From assembly GCA_004764695.1 (NCBI GenBank), contig SMSO01000025.1, positions 3,224,001 to 3,288,000 on the forward strand: 64,000 nucleotides of DNA, written 5' to 3'. Position 1 is the stretch's first letter; the number at the start of each line of letters is the position of its first letter. The translations under genes and the position numbers were made by a program. This document shows positions 11,059 to 22,277 of this stretch, piece after piece. The notes beneath the pieces are model-generated. The model worked only from the letters and a program-made list of their open reading frames with translations. It had not been told where the DNA came from and searched no databases. This DNA comes from Schizochytrium sp. TIO01 (taxonomy: Eukaryota > Protista > Bigyra: Labyrinthulomycetes).

Positions 11059-14000
11059 ATGGGCAAGGCTAAGAGCGGTAGCAACGCGCCAAAACGTGGC
11101 AATGCTCCAATTAACTTTGTTGACGAGTCGTACAAGATCCGAATTGACAGGCTGGTGGATGACTTCAAGAAATCTGGTGAAGCAGAGTTTAGATTTCCCA
11201 GCAACCTTAACAACACCGAGCGCCGATATGTGCACGAGCTGTGCCGCAAAGAGGGCCTTGCATCCAAATCTAGAGGTAAAGGCGATGACAGATACCTTAC
11301 CGTGAGCCGTAAGGTTGCCTCTAAGAATGCAGATGCGATAGTGCCACGGCTCGGCTTGGGATTGCCAAGCGAACGTCTTCTTCAGGACTACTTTACAAGA
11401 TTTGCTATCTCCGATGCAGAGTCCAAGCTTGCCGCCACTCGTTCCTGGCAAGATGAGGATACTCTCTTTCCCACCGATGATTTAAGTAGTGAAGGTGTTG
11501 ACGGCAACGTGCAAGGAACTGGCCCCGCTCGCTATATTGAACCAAGTCCAATGCAGAAGATTGAACGTTGGGATGAACATCTTTCGCATGTTCCTCAATC
11601 GCGAAGACAGCTACCAGTTTGGGACAAGCGAGACGAGATTCTTAGCGCAATTAACGCTTGTGACGTAACAGTGATCACTGGTGAGACAGGATGTGGTAAG
11701 AGTACGCAAATCCCGCAGTATCTTTTGGAGATGGAGAGTCTTAAATTCAATATCGTTTGCACTCAGCCGCGTCGTCTTTCTGCAGTAGCACTTGCAGACC
11801 GCGTTGCGTCAGAAAATGGGCAAGGCGAGGTAGGTGATGAAGTGGGTTACAGCGTTAGACTGGAGCGGAAAAGGTCTGACCGCACGCGCCTTATGTACTG
11901 CACGACTGGTGTCTTACTTCGTGAATTGGCTCATAGCCCCAAGGCCCTGGGTGATGTAACTCATCTAGTGATTGATGAGGTGCATGAGCGTGATATCAAC
12001 TCGGATTTTCTCCTCGTTATTGTTCGTGAGCTCCTGCTACAGCAAAAGAAATCGTCCGCTGAGCGTAAGCTGAAGTTGATTCTCATGAGTGCGACTATGC
12101 AGGTGAACTCTTTCTTAGAGTATTTTAGTAACACGCACTACCCTCTGGCTTGTCAGTATGTGAAGGTTCCTGGTAAACTCTTTAGTGTTCACAAACTTTT
12201 CCTCGAGGACATTCTTTCGCGCACAAGTTATGTTGACCAGCTTATGGAAAGAAACAAACGAATTGCAAATGCACTTGCTTCTATAGCTGACCGCGGAGAA
12301 AGCCAAGTAGGCACACAAGCTGAAGGCGAGCCAGGTGTTGACTTGGAGGATTTGAAAGAAGCCCAGGAAGAATTTGTTTGTCAGCTTTGCCGTGCTAAGT
12401 TTACGTCCCCGGGTGAATTTGGAGCTCATGCAGCGTTCTGCACAGGCGGAAACGCGCAATTTGAAAACGCCTGGGGAGAAGAGGACGGAGTTGACAACGG
12501 TGGCTCTGGAGATCAAGCAAACGGACAGGACGGCTTGGGCTTTGTGACAACCTGGCATTCTGAATGGGACCAGGCCGATGCTGATGATGATGCAACCACA
12601 AATCATGTAGATGTAGGTAGTGAGTCGTCTGCTGATCATGATAGTGAGGAGGAAAACGATGATGACGGATTGCTTTTAGGGTACGGAATCGGCTCAGGTG
12701 CTGCAAAAGGAATCGCTAACTTGCCTGGATCTTCTAGCCACTCAGATGAGATAGACACTGTGGAAGATGAAGGACCCAAAATGTCTGCTCAAGCGGTCCA
12801 GACCTTGCTTGATCAGTACCAGTACGCACGCCAACTGACTGGACTTGATGACGATACCCAGCTCGACATTGACTTGGTCGTTGAAGTTCTTCAGCAAATT
12901 GAACAATCTCATGACGATTTGACCAGTTTTGCAGGTCGTAAGCGCAAAGCTAGTGAGGAGGGGTTTGGCCGTCTTGCTGATAAAGGCTCTGTTCTGATTT
13001 TTCTTTCTGGTTGGGACGAAATTGCAAAGTTATGTGATGCTCTGCAAGAGCATCCTCTCTTTGGTGACGAGTCTCGTTACCAAGTGCTTCCTCTTCACTC
13101 AGGAGTCTCACCGTCAAGTCAGCGACAAGTGTTCAAACGTGCTCCGCGCGGTGTGCGCAAGGTTATCTGCTCCACCAACATCGCAGAAACCTCTGTGACA
13201 ATTGATGATGTTGTTTATGTGATCGATGCAGGAACATCCAAAACAAAGAGATATGATCCTCATACAAAGGTCTCCAGTTTGACCAATGGGATTATTGCAA
13301 AGGCGAATGCTATTCAGCGAAGCGGACGTGCTGGACGTGTGCGCTCTGGAATTTGCTTTCGTCTTTATTCTAGAACCCGATATGAGGCTATGCTTGATGA
13401 AGAAGCCCCTGAGATGCAGCGAACTGCTCTTGAGGAGGTGTGCCTACAAAGTTGTGTACTTTTAGAAAAACGCACTTTTACGGTAACATCGAAAGGATCT
13501 AAACGGGTATTTGTGCGCAATTTTCTTGCCCGTGCGCCAGATCCTCCGCAAGACATATCCGTTCGGAATGCTCTGAACCTACTCTTTGAGCTGGGCGCCA
13601 TCAATGTGGACGAGAAATTGACTCCACTAGGACATGCTTTAGCGCGCCTTCCCTTAGACCCACGCCTCGGAAAAATGGTACTTATTGGTACAATGCTAGG
13701 CCTAAAGGAGGAAGCAGTGACCTTGAGCGCTTTTTTTGCAACAGGACGAGATCCGTTTGTGATCCCAATGACTGCAGTAGATCGCAAGCGCTTTGAAATA
13801 TCGCGTAGGCAGCTTACTGGTGGGGTGGAAAGTGACTTTGTAGCGTGCTTTCGTGCTTACGAGGAGTATGCACGCATTGGACGCTCTGCTTGTACGCAGT
13901 ATTTTCTATCCCCGTCTATCATGAACACTGTTGTGCAGACTCGGAAGCAAATTCTGCGACTCTTACCAAACATGCCTGTGATTGAGTTCAAACAACGCTC

Positions 14001-14841
14001 TCTCTCTCTAGTTACTGTGATAGAAGTTCTTGCCGCGATTGGGACGTTTCCCAACGTCGCAGTGCAACTTCCTCAAACTAAATCATTACGTTCTGGTGCA
14101 GAACGGAAAATCTTGCCTCATAAGAGCTCCGTGCTTAGGGTCGGGGCAAATGAATCTTTGGATCATCACTTATGGGTAGTGTTCGACGAGATGACCCGCT
14201 CCCGAGTACACTGCAATATTCGTGGATGTATGGAGGTTCTACCTCTCTTGATAACTCTTTTCCGTGGGGTCTACACGATTGTGCACGAAGAAGAGGACTC
14301 GTCGACGCAAATCCACCTTAATGAGTGGATTGAATTTCGTACAAATCATTCGCGAATTGCGCTTCAAGTAGCTGTTTTGCGAGACCGCCTAGAAGCACTC
14401 TTTGCGCGCAGTCTTGTGGATGGCAAAGAGTTTTCGCAAGAGGAGGAGGCTACAGCAAGCGCCTTGCTACGGCTTATATCTACTGAAAGGACAGGGAAGA
14501 GGCTTGAAGAGTCTCAATTTGGCGCAGCAAGCGTCCGAGGCAACATCCGCGGCCGTGGTCGCGGAGGTCGGGGCGGTCGCGGTGGACGCGGTCGGGGCGA
14601 CAACCACAACGGCCATCAACACCAAAGGCAGCAACAAGCGCAAAATCAAGAGCATCAACAGCAACAGCAACATCCGCGAGGAGGTCGTGGTGGTGGCCGG
14701 GGTGGCAGCTACCGTGGCCGTGGTAATGGTAATGGCAATAATAATAGCAATGACAATGGCCATGGCAACCGCGGAGGAAGTAAGAAACGTGGTAGCAGCT
14801 ACCGTGGCCGTGGAAATGGTCAGAATAACAAGAGCTCCTGA
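11059..14841 (+). CDS. DEAH/RHA RNA helicase with N-terminal R3H domain (YTHDC2/DHX36-like) and C-terminal RGG tail
   Basis: R3H (LNNTERRYVHELC), GETGCGKST, TQPRRLSA, DEVHER, MSAT, STNIAETSVTIDDV, QRSGRAGR, HA2 (LTPLGHALARLPLDPRLGKM). Confidence 0.93.
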   Translation: MGKAKSGSNAPKRGNAPINFVDESYKIRIDRLVDDFKKSGEAEFRFPSNLNNTERRYVHELCRKEGLASKSRGKGDDRYLTVSRKVASKNADAIVPRLGLGLPSERLLQDYFTRFAISDAESKLAATRSWQDEDTLFPTDDLSSEGVDGNVQGTGPARYIEPSPMQKIERWDEHLSHVPQSRRQLPVWDKRDEILSAINACDVTVITGETGCGKSTQIPQYLLEMESLKFNIVCTQPRRLSAVALADRVASENGQGEVGDEVGYSVRLERKRSDRTRLMYCTTGVLLRELAHSPKALGDVTHLVIDEVHERDINSDFLLVIVRELLLQQKKSSAERKLKLILMSATMQVNSFLEYFSNTHYPLACQYVKVPGKLFSVHKLFLEDILSRTSYVDQLMERNKRIANALASIADRGESQVGTQAEGEPGVDLEDLKEAQEEFVCQLCRAKFTSPGEFGAHAAFCTGGNAQFENAWGEEDGVDNGGSGDQANGQDGLGFVTTWHSEWDQADADDDATTNHVDVGSESSADHDSEEENDDDGLLLGYGIGSGAAKGIANLPGSSSHSDEIDTVEDEGPKMSAQAVQTLLDQYQYARQLTGLDDDTQLDIDLVVEVLQQIEQSHDDLTSFAGRKRKASEEGFGRLADKGSVLIFLSGWDEIAKLCDALQEHPLFGDESRYQVLPLHSGVSPSSQRQVFKRAPRGVRKVICSTNIAETSVTIDDVVYVIDAGTSKTKRYDPHTKVSSLTNGIIAKANAIQRSGRAGRVRSGICFRLYSRTRYEAMLDEEAPEMQRTALEEVCLQSCVLLEKRTFTVTSKGSKRVFVRNFLARAPDPPQDISVRNALNLLFELGAINVDEKLTPLGHALARLPLDPRLGKMVLIGTMLGLKEEAVTLSAFFATGRDPFVIPMTAVDRKRFEISRRQLTGGVESDFVACFRAYEEYARIGRSACTQYFLSPSIMNTVVQTRKQILRLLPNMPVIEFKQRSLSLVTVIEVLAAIGTFPNVAVQLPQTKSLRSGAERKILPHKSSVLRVGANESLDHHLWVVFDEMTRSRVHCNIRGCMEVLPLLITLFRGVYTIVHEEEDSSTQIHLNEWIEFRTNHSRIALQVAVLRDRLEALFARSLVDGKEFSQEEEATASALLRLISTERTGKRLEESQFGAASVRGNIRGRGRGGRGGRGGRGRGDNHNGHQHQRQQQAQNQEHQQQQQHPRGGRGGGRGGSYRGRGNGNGNNNSNDNGHGNRGGSKKRGSSYRGRGNGQNNKSS

Positions 14842-15318
14842 AGTGTTGCTATATTTGATTACGACACTAAAAGTAGATAATATTTTCATCTTCTGAATCT
14901 TCTTGAGCTTAAAAGAAGCAATTCGAAATATTAAATTCATAAACTTTGGTCTGGTACTTTTCTTGATTTGATTCCAATGTTCCTAAATGTTTCTTATATG
15001 AATGGGAAATTCGTAAGTGAATGAGCATTATCGCTACTTGTCAAATTTGCTCAAGACCCACTCAAATACCAGAGGTGATCTTAGTGGATGAATTGAAAAA
15101 CAAAGAAGAACGGAAAGAAGAGTAGTAGATAAGTTAAATGTTTTGGTCTGTTTCTTTTGAATTGCGTGAGAGTGTTTTAATCTTGGGTTTTGGTAAAGTG
15201 TTTTTTATTATTATAAAAGAAAGCGAGTGAATCTGTTTTTCTTGGCAAGCGGGCGATTGGTGGGCAAATTGAGTTGACTATATTGAATACAGCCACCAAG
15301 GCGAGGCTATTGCTGGAG

Positions 15319-16347
15319 TTAATTTTCGACAGCAGGAGGCTTGTTGATTTCCTGCATGATCTCATCCTGGCGTTTTTTGTTGAACGTCCAAAGACCATCA
15401 AGCATATGTACGCATGCTTGATTGTTTTCTACCCACTGCAAGAATTTGACGATTTGCTTTGGGGAGATGATCTTCAAGATCTTGTCCATATGGCTCTGAC
15501 GATTGATCATATTCTTCTCAATGTCTTTCTCAAACTTATTGAGTGAAATCAGACAACGCTTCATTGATGAGCTTTGCATACCAAGTTGACCACGCTGGGA
15601 CTTTAACTCAGCCTTTTGCTTCTCATCAAGCTGAAGTTCTTTACACAAGACACTCCACATGCTATCCGGGTTGTCATCCGAGTAAAAGTCATCGTCTTGC
15701 TTGAGAACCCATAGAAGCATCTTACTAATCTGTGTTGGCAGTAGCAGTTGCTCGAGTTGGTTGATATGGACCTTGACGAGCTTCTTACGCTCCTCTCCAA
15801 AATCGGAGTAAACCTCTGTGTAATTTTGTAGGCGCTGCACGATATCCTCATCACTGCACTTCTGCTCGAGCATCTGGTTCATAGACTTGACTTCGTGCAG
15901 ACGGCGTTCTTCCTCGTCTTTACCACGGTTTCCTCGTCCGCTTGTAGCCTTGCCAAGCTTATTCATGCACATTTTCAGCTTCAGCTCGAGACGGCGATTT
16001 GTCTCACGAAGCATGGTCACCTCCTCTGCAAGTGCCTCCACGCGCTCGCGCTTCCGCTTACGACAGTTGCGAGCAATTTCGCGGTTCCTCTCAAGGCGCT
16101 CCTCGCGCTTCTTTTGTTTTTCTGCGTCTGTAAGCGTGTTATCGTCGTCAATATCATCAAGGCCATCATCATCGTCATCATCGTTTAGAAAGGGGTCATA
16201 TGATTCGCCCTTCAGGTCAAAGAGATCATCTAGCGGGCCCGTAAGTCCGGTACCCATCGAAGGTGGGCCCATGTAAGAGCTGTTTCCCCCCATATTGGGC
16301 ATAGCCCCCATGCCATTTGAAAATTGATGCGGTTGTTGGTGCGACAT
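15319..16347 (-). CDS. bZIP transcription factor
   Basis: Basic region RLERNREIARNCRKRKRERV followed by a leucine heptad (LAEEVTMLRETNRRL). Confidence 0.88.
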   Translation of the reverse strand: MSHQQPHQFSNGMGAMPNMGGNSSYMGPPSMGTGLTGPLDDLFDLKGESYDPFLNDDDDDDGLDDIDDDNTLTDAEKQKKREERLERNREIARNCRKRKRERVEALAEEVTMLRETNRRLELKLKMCMNKLGKATSGRGNRGKDEEERRLHEVKSMNQMLEQKCSDEDIVQRLQNYTEVYSDFGEERKKLVKVHINQLEQLLLPTQISKMLLWVLKQDDDFYSDDNPDSMWSVLCKELQLDEKQKAELKSQRGQLGMQSSSMKRCLISLNKFEKDIEKNMINRQSHMDKILKIISPKQIVKFLQWVENNQACVHMLDGLWTFNKKRQDEIMQEINKPPAVEN

Positions 16348-16980
16348 TCTGCCTTTTCTCTAAGCTTTCTTGAAAATCAATTTAAATTCGCCCTCTGCCA
16401 CTATTGACTCCTTTGTTGATGTGTCCTAGCTCGAATTTCCCACGACAATTTAGCAGCAGACCAACACCTACAGCAAAAGAGACCGATATACCCCTGTTTC
16501 AATAGAGGGTGAGTTGTAGAGATTTACGAAATGTATGATCCGTCAATAAATCAATTGATTCTCGTCGTAATAAACCAACGAAACTTCCGCCCGTAACTTC
16601 CGCTTCTTCGACAACTCCTTGTACGTTCTCTTCTTTTCGCCTACTTCTCGTAAATCCAGACGAGATCAATGAGCTGGTGCCTGCTTTCCACACGCAAGCA
16701 AACCACAGCAAGCCTAGTAAGCGCAAATGACGACTACGGAGCTTCTTCGAGAGCAAAGCAGCAAAGATCTTTCTCGCTGCTACTTCCCTTGCACTCCCCT
16801 AAAGCGGCGTTGTTGAAGCCGTCTTCTGTAGGTCAGACGTGGACAGCGGGGTTGCCCGCGACGCCCTTTCCTCGCGGTGCCCTTGAGCGCGACTCGAAGC
16901 GTGCGCTTGTTCTCAGGGTCTGCCGTCTCAATCAATCAGGCTTTGATTGAGTTAATGACTGACTAAACGAGTTACTAGAA

Positions 16981-17032
16981 GAATGACTCAATACACGAAT
17001 GACTTAATACACGAATGACTCAGTACACGAAT
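16981..17032. promoter_or_regulatory. Three 16-bp tandem repeats, each carrying an AP-1/GCN4-like site, upstream of the bZIP gene
   Basis: gaaTGACTCAatacac gaaTGACTTAatacac gaaTGACTCAgtacac. Confidence 0.45.
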
Positions 17033-17315
17033 GAATGAAATGATTGATTGTTGTAGTTGTTATTAGTTATAGTGCCCATTCTTCTCTTTTTCTTTCGTTT
17101 TCTAGCTAGCCTGAGAGGAAAAGGAGAGGGATGGAAGAAGATGCCCATCGTAAGGAAAGAATGCATCAGTGCGGATGCCAGGGCACAGAACTCAGGCGCA
17201 AATATAGCGGACCTGAGTCGAGCTGGTCGCAACGACGTAGGGTTTCCGCGAGCTCTTCGATTTCGAGCAACTGCGCACTCCCACGACGAAAGAGCAATTG
17301 ACAGCAAAGGAGATC

Positions 17316-17316
17316 T

Positions 17317-17375
<59 letters not shown>
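17316..17375. repeat. (TTTC)n microsatellite
   Basis: Direct reading. Confidence 0.95.
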
Positions 17376-18196
17376 GATTTCACGGATCAAAGAGCGCTCG
17401 GGAGAACTTACCTATCGTCTATCATGTCACTGGTACTGATTTACCATATGTACAAATAGAGTCGCTATCTCCCCGGCGAGTTAGCTGGAGGGTATTTATC
17501 CGAGAGTGGAGCCTCTCATGGTTCTTCGCCATCGCAGGTCCACGGTGGAGCCTTAGGAAATAGCCTTTAATTGCGCAAACGCTTCAACAAGAAGAGCTGA
17601 GCTGCCACGGAGGAGAGAGAAGCACCTCAATCCCGAAGGTGGCTCGGGCCTCTGCCTGCATTTCACGCAGAGCCTTTCGAGCTAGACAGAACTCGGAAAG
17701 GAACGTCGGGGAAACCCATCATCTCAGCCATTTCTCTCTCTACCATCGTTCCAAAATCTGGTTGATCCTTTTTCTTTTCTTTGCAATTTAAGTTGACTTC
17801 GAAATTCTGACTACTACATTACACCTAGCTTTAACCATAGCAATGTGTACCTTTTCAGGGCGTTCTGTTATTTTTTATCCCTACCTACCCTAGGTAATAC
17901 TTATATGCGTTTGAAGATCAAGAGGGTTTTACTTTTATATTCAAAGATGATATGAAATATAGTCTACAACAATAATAATAGTATGATAACAATTAACGGA
18001 GTTTCTTCTTTTGGTCAGGGCGTGGATCAAATCGTTTATCCTGAGCGGCATTTCTAGGTACTAGCGATTGCCCCCCCCCTGAAAGCCATGGCTTGCCTGT
18101 AAACTTCATCATGATGGAGGTACCTGAATGGCAATTCCTATAGGCAGCTAGTTTGCTTCATCACTCAAGTTTTCTCACTAAAAATACTACTGCTCG

Positions 18197-19318
18197 ATGG
18201 TAAATTATGCGTGGGATCGGAGAATCTTGAAGGTGCCTACCTACGTTCATCAATTTGACGTGAGTGTGACGCTCATACAACCACAAAGTACTGTGAACTA
18301 TATAGAGGCCTATAAATCGAAGGCAAATCCTCAGTTGCTTGCCTTCTTCGCCATCATGAGTACTACTACACCAACACTTGTACAGAAGCTGGTGAAGGAA
18401 AGGGAAGAAATAGATACGAATGACGCTGATTGATTTTGTAATGTCACGCATTTGAGGATCCCAAGCTGGGGCGTTGCTGATATCTTATTTGCCAGGAGAT
18501 GATGATGTAAGGAAGCATTTCCTGATGGGTCAACCTAACGCCCTCGATTCCTATAAAGAGAGTGAAAAAAAACAAAACATAAATACGCTTCGTCCTTTGG
18601 CGAACTCGCGCCGCTGGAAAAAGATACTCGTAACAATGCAGCGGACATCCTCATAAAGTATGGAGGGTTCACGTGGACTGACACGGGCGGTTTTATCGAA
18701 GCCAATGGAAAGCTTGGTCTCGGGGCAGTCCTTAATTTTCAGCATCAAATTTTGGACATGCTGGGTTTCCTACAAGTCCTCACGATGGTGAGGTTCACCA
18801 CAGGTCTACACGTTGAGTCCTGTGAGTTCTATGGCACACCGTTCTTGGAGGTGAGCAGCCTTCATTTATCATCTATAAATCCAGAGACGGTGAAGCAGTT
18901 TGTCATTTTCATTCCAAGTTTGGTAATGCACGGCTTCATCTTGCTCAGCATTGGTGAATCTGACAACTTACCTCTTGGGCTTGTACCTTCATTTTAAAGG
19001 TCTATGGTTGACTTCTCGCCTCGATGTTTGTTTAAGTTGACTATTTCAATTGGCAATGCCGTCATCGATGTGGATTTTGCCAAAGTCATTTGTGAAGTCG
19101 GCGCACAAATACTGACGATAAAGGGTCCGGAGAATAAGTCAATCATGCAACACATTGGTGCGTTTGCAAAGAATGAAATAATTGAGTTTCCGACTGACTG
19201 GGATCTCACAACTTTCCTCGAGAGTTATCGCACAAATATCTATGCACGCAGACGCAGCCTGATCCTCACTGACGAAAAGCAAGCATTAATATTCCAAGGC
19301 ATGCGAAATACGACTTAG
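18197..19318 (+). pseudogene. Decayed ORF of unknown function
   Basis: ORFs 18197-18433, 18752-18997 and 19004-19318 share one frame (the last two split by a single TAA); 18474-18656 is a frameshifted middle piece. Confidence 0.5.
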
Positions 19319-19493
19319 CGCAGATTATCACTTCGGTTTATGGTGTCGGCGATATGAAGCAAATGTGGATGAGGTCATGTGCATTAATACCCTCAAATTC
19401 ATTAACGACCACAACATCGTACATTCAAGCATTGTGTGCTCTCGCGTTAAAAAATAATAATATATATATATCTTATACGCTTTTATAATTATG

Positions 19494-19751
19494 CTATAGG
19501 AAGATAGGAAGTACAACTACGAAAATGGCAACGTTTTCTCCAATTAGCTCCAGACGACCCATCAAAGTACCCAGCTCTTCAAGTTCGCTGGTTGTAAAAC
19601 CATCGAATGTTTCCTCGTCACTGTCTTCGCCGCCACTTTCTTCATCGCTGTCTGTGTCGTTGTCTGTATCGCCGTGACCATCAGTGCCAGTGGCGAGATT
19701 AACCGGGCTTGATTCTTCGTCATCCAGAACTTGGTTGCGCAGCAAAACCAA
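19494..19751 (-). pseudogene. Acidic gene remnant without a clear start
   Basis: D/E-rich reading frame (DTDNDTDSDEESGGEDSDEE); no ATG at its 5' end. Confidence 0.3.
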
Positions 19752-19954
19752 AACTGCAAGTAGGTGGGTGACAGCTTACTACCTTTGGGGGATTCCATCA
19801 TGCCCAGGGTCCCGCCGCTATCCCTCGAGGAAGCACATAACTTACCCGACGAAGATGCAGCTAGCGAGATAAATCCTACCCGCATCATTTCGGCACCACT
19901 CCAAGTCTCGACGAATCTGGAAAGAAGTCTTGGTTTGATGAGCCAACACAAGAA

Positions 19955-21607
19955 ATGATTGAACTACGCCTAAGTGATCTGGCCGAAGGTCGCGCCAAAG
20001 GTCGCGCCGAAGGTGTCGTCCAAGGCGTTGCTGCGATCCGTGCCGAGTACGTTGAAACCCTCTCCGAGGGGCTTAGAAAGCCCCTGTTTCGCGCACTTAC
20101 GCGCGGTCTTTATCCATCAACTGCTGCAACACCTTCGGCATGGGGTATTGAGTACAAAAGCCTTACACTATGGTGTGGTTTCAGAAGGGAAATGATAAGC
20201 CCGTTTATCAGGGCAAATTTACTCAACATGCAAATACGCAATACTACGTTTCGAACCTCGCTCTATCCACTAAACATTAGCGGAAACACCAATGCAATGG
20301 CTAGTTTGTTTAATAATTGGTGCTGCAGGCCATTTGCTGGACTTCACACTGAGGTTGCAAATTTTCCTAAAGTCATCGTACGCATAGAAGACGATATCGG
20401 CCTTTCAGCCAAGCCTGATCTCACCTTGGTCAAAATTGATGATGAAAGAAATGAGACTGTCTTCTGTGTTGTTGAAACTAAACGTCCTAATCAGTTTTTG
20501 AGCTTGCCCCAGGACCTCAATTGGACCGAAAGGCGAGACGCCGCTGCAGCTGCGGGAATGGAGATTTTTGATAAAGTCCAAGCGCAACAAGCTCTTCGAC
20601 AATTACATGGTTATATGGTTGTCCACGGGGTCAAATACTCAATTCTCACGTCAGGAGAGCTCGCCTTTTTTGTTAAGCGGGACGACAAGGGTAACATGTG
20701 GGTCACCCGTGGTTTCTATGGTGCTGAAACTGGGCGCCCAAGAGTATTAAGCACCAACGAGGCAATGGCTGCTTTTATATATACTGCGTCCAGGAATCCT
20801 AAGAATGGAAAGTTTCTACCAAGATCAAATAGCTCGAGCCCGGGAGTCAGGGCTTATTATGAACATATTAAGACAAGTTTTGGGGCTAACTTAACCGATA
20901 GAGCTGCAGAGAAGTTCAAAGATAAGGTGAGCGAAACAGCCTTACAATTCATGTTAGGTCTAAGATTACCCGCAGGAAATATAGAGGAGCTACGCAGCAA
21001 TCTCATTGAGCTTTTACCTTTCAAGGAGGAAGCATACCTTTTCATGCCGCTGCCGTGGTCCAAAGACTACCGAGTTGTTACAAGTTATGTGGTTCGGATT
21101 CCCTGGGTTTCAGACAAAGACTTCAACTGGGATATCTTTGTGAAGACCATGCCAGTCTCTAAAGACTGGACGAGAGAGACATATGAGTTCAAAAAATCAG
21201 TTTTTCTCAACGAAGTTAAGCTGTACCTTGGCCCCCTGCGCCCGCTCCAGGGTAAACACGTTCCCTTTTTGGTGTACGGCGGCACATATCATAAACGAAT
21301 CATCATTGCCACAACCTCCTCTGGGGAGACCGCAACAAAAGAACTTATTCTTGCTAACAGTAGCTGGGCAATTACAGCCATTCGAGCATCACTTTCCGCG
21401 CTGCACCGAGCCGGTGTGCTCCATGGCGACATCGCGCTGCGTAATATCGCCATCGACACCAATACCAAGACCGCCCACTTGATCGATTTTGGCCGCTCCT
21501 CACAAGACAAAACCACCAAGATAAACAAGGACAAAGAAATGAAAGAACTGAACACACTACTGGGGTTTTCTAGTAATCGCAAGCGAATCCGAGACTCCTT
21601 TAAATGA
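19955..21607 (+). CDS. PD-(D/E)xK nuclease-fold + protein-kinase-like fusion (Crinkler-type REase+kinase); N-terminus probably extends to about 19800 across a frameshift
   Basis: KPDLTL...VVETKRP, QLHGYMVVHGVKYSILTS (REase-like); FVK, NEVKLY..LRPLQGKHVP, LHRAGVLHGDIALRNI, LIDFGRS (kinase). Confidence 0.8.
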   Translation: MIELRLSDLAEGRAKGRAEGVVQGVAAIRAEYVETLSEGLRKPLFRALTRGLYPSTAATPSAWGIEYKSLTLWCGFRREMISPFIRANLLNMQIRNTTFRTSLYPLNISGNTNAMASLFNNWCCRPFAGLHTEVANFPKVIVRIEDDIGLSAKPDLTLVKIDDERNETVFCVVETKRPNQFLSLPQDLNWTERRDAAAAAGMEIFDKVQAQQALRQLHGYMVVHGVKYSILTSGELAFFVKRDDKGNMWVTRGFYGAETGRPRVLSTNEAMAAFIYTASRNPKNGKFLPRSNSSSPGVRAYYEHIKTSFGANLTDRAAEKFKDKVSETALQFMLGLRLPAGNIEELRSNLIELLPFKEEAYLFMPLPWSKDYRVVTSYVVRIPWVSDKDFNWDIFVKTMPVSKDWTRETYEFKKSVFLNEVKLYLGPLRPLQGKHVPFLVYGGTYHKRIIIATTSSGETATKELILANSSWAITAIRASLSALHRAGVLHGDIALRNIAIDTNTKTAHLIDFGRSSQDKTTKINKDKEMKELNTLLGFSSNRKRIRDSFK

Positions 21608-21663
21608 CCTTCTGAACGAGTAAACAAATAAATTTGAAAAAAAAGACTTCAAATTTCTTACAC

Positions 21664-22277
21664 TCAAAATTCAGCAAAGAAGGTCTTCTCACTGAAAGGA
21701 GTATCTGGCATTGTGTCATAGTTCCCGGCCAAGTTAATGAAAAGTGCCATCATTTCGTCATAATCTCCTAGACGATGTATGACATGATCTAAATCGACGG
21801 GTTTATTATCAAGTGTAAAGGGAACCAAGCTGAATTTTTCTTCATCTTCTGCTCAAACTGGTGAAGAATCTCTTTGAACAGGTCCGCCCGAGCCTGAAAT
21901 CTCTCGAGACCACGCGATTCATAGATATAGAGAACACCAAGTGTAGATGATTCGACCAGGTTATACACGTATATAGCCTTTTGCATCTCATCCATCAAAA
22001 GAGTAAACCTCTCCAGATTAATTCCAACAGAACAGAGATCTTGAAGATCAGCAACGATCATTTCAATCTCATTCATCTCTCTGTCGCTAGGCTTGTTCTT
22101 ACAAAGCTCAGCAAGGCGCAGGCAACAACCTTCAAAACGGGGAGAGATATGACTCCAGACATTGGTTTCAAAGGGGCTTAGGTAGCCGCGAAGCTTCGAA
22201 TTTTCGCGCGCAACCTTGAAATCAGTAACAAGCTTCTTCACCTTGGTAAGAGGTTGACCCCGAACTGAAAAGGGCAT
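21664..22277 (-). pseudogene. Hypothetical protein, probably frameshifted near 21855
   Basis: ATG at 22277 (MPFSVRG); an alternative frame continues AEDEEKFSLVPFTLDNKPVDLDHV...FFAEF to TGA at 21666-21664. Confidence 0.5.

Noticed and set aside
14402-14940. Alternative-frame and antisense ORFs over the helicase tail (likewise over the SDR, MhpD, RIB4 and Orai genes)
   Set aside because: Shadow ORFs of real genes.
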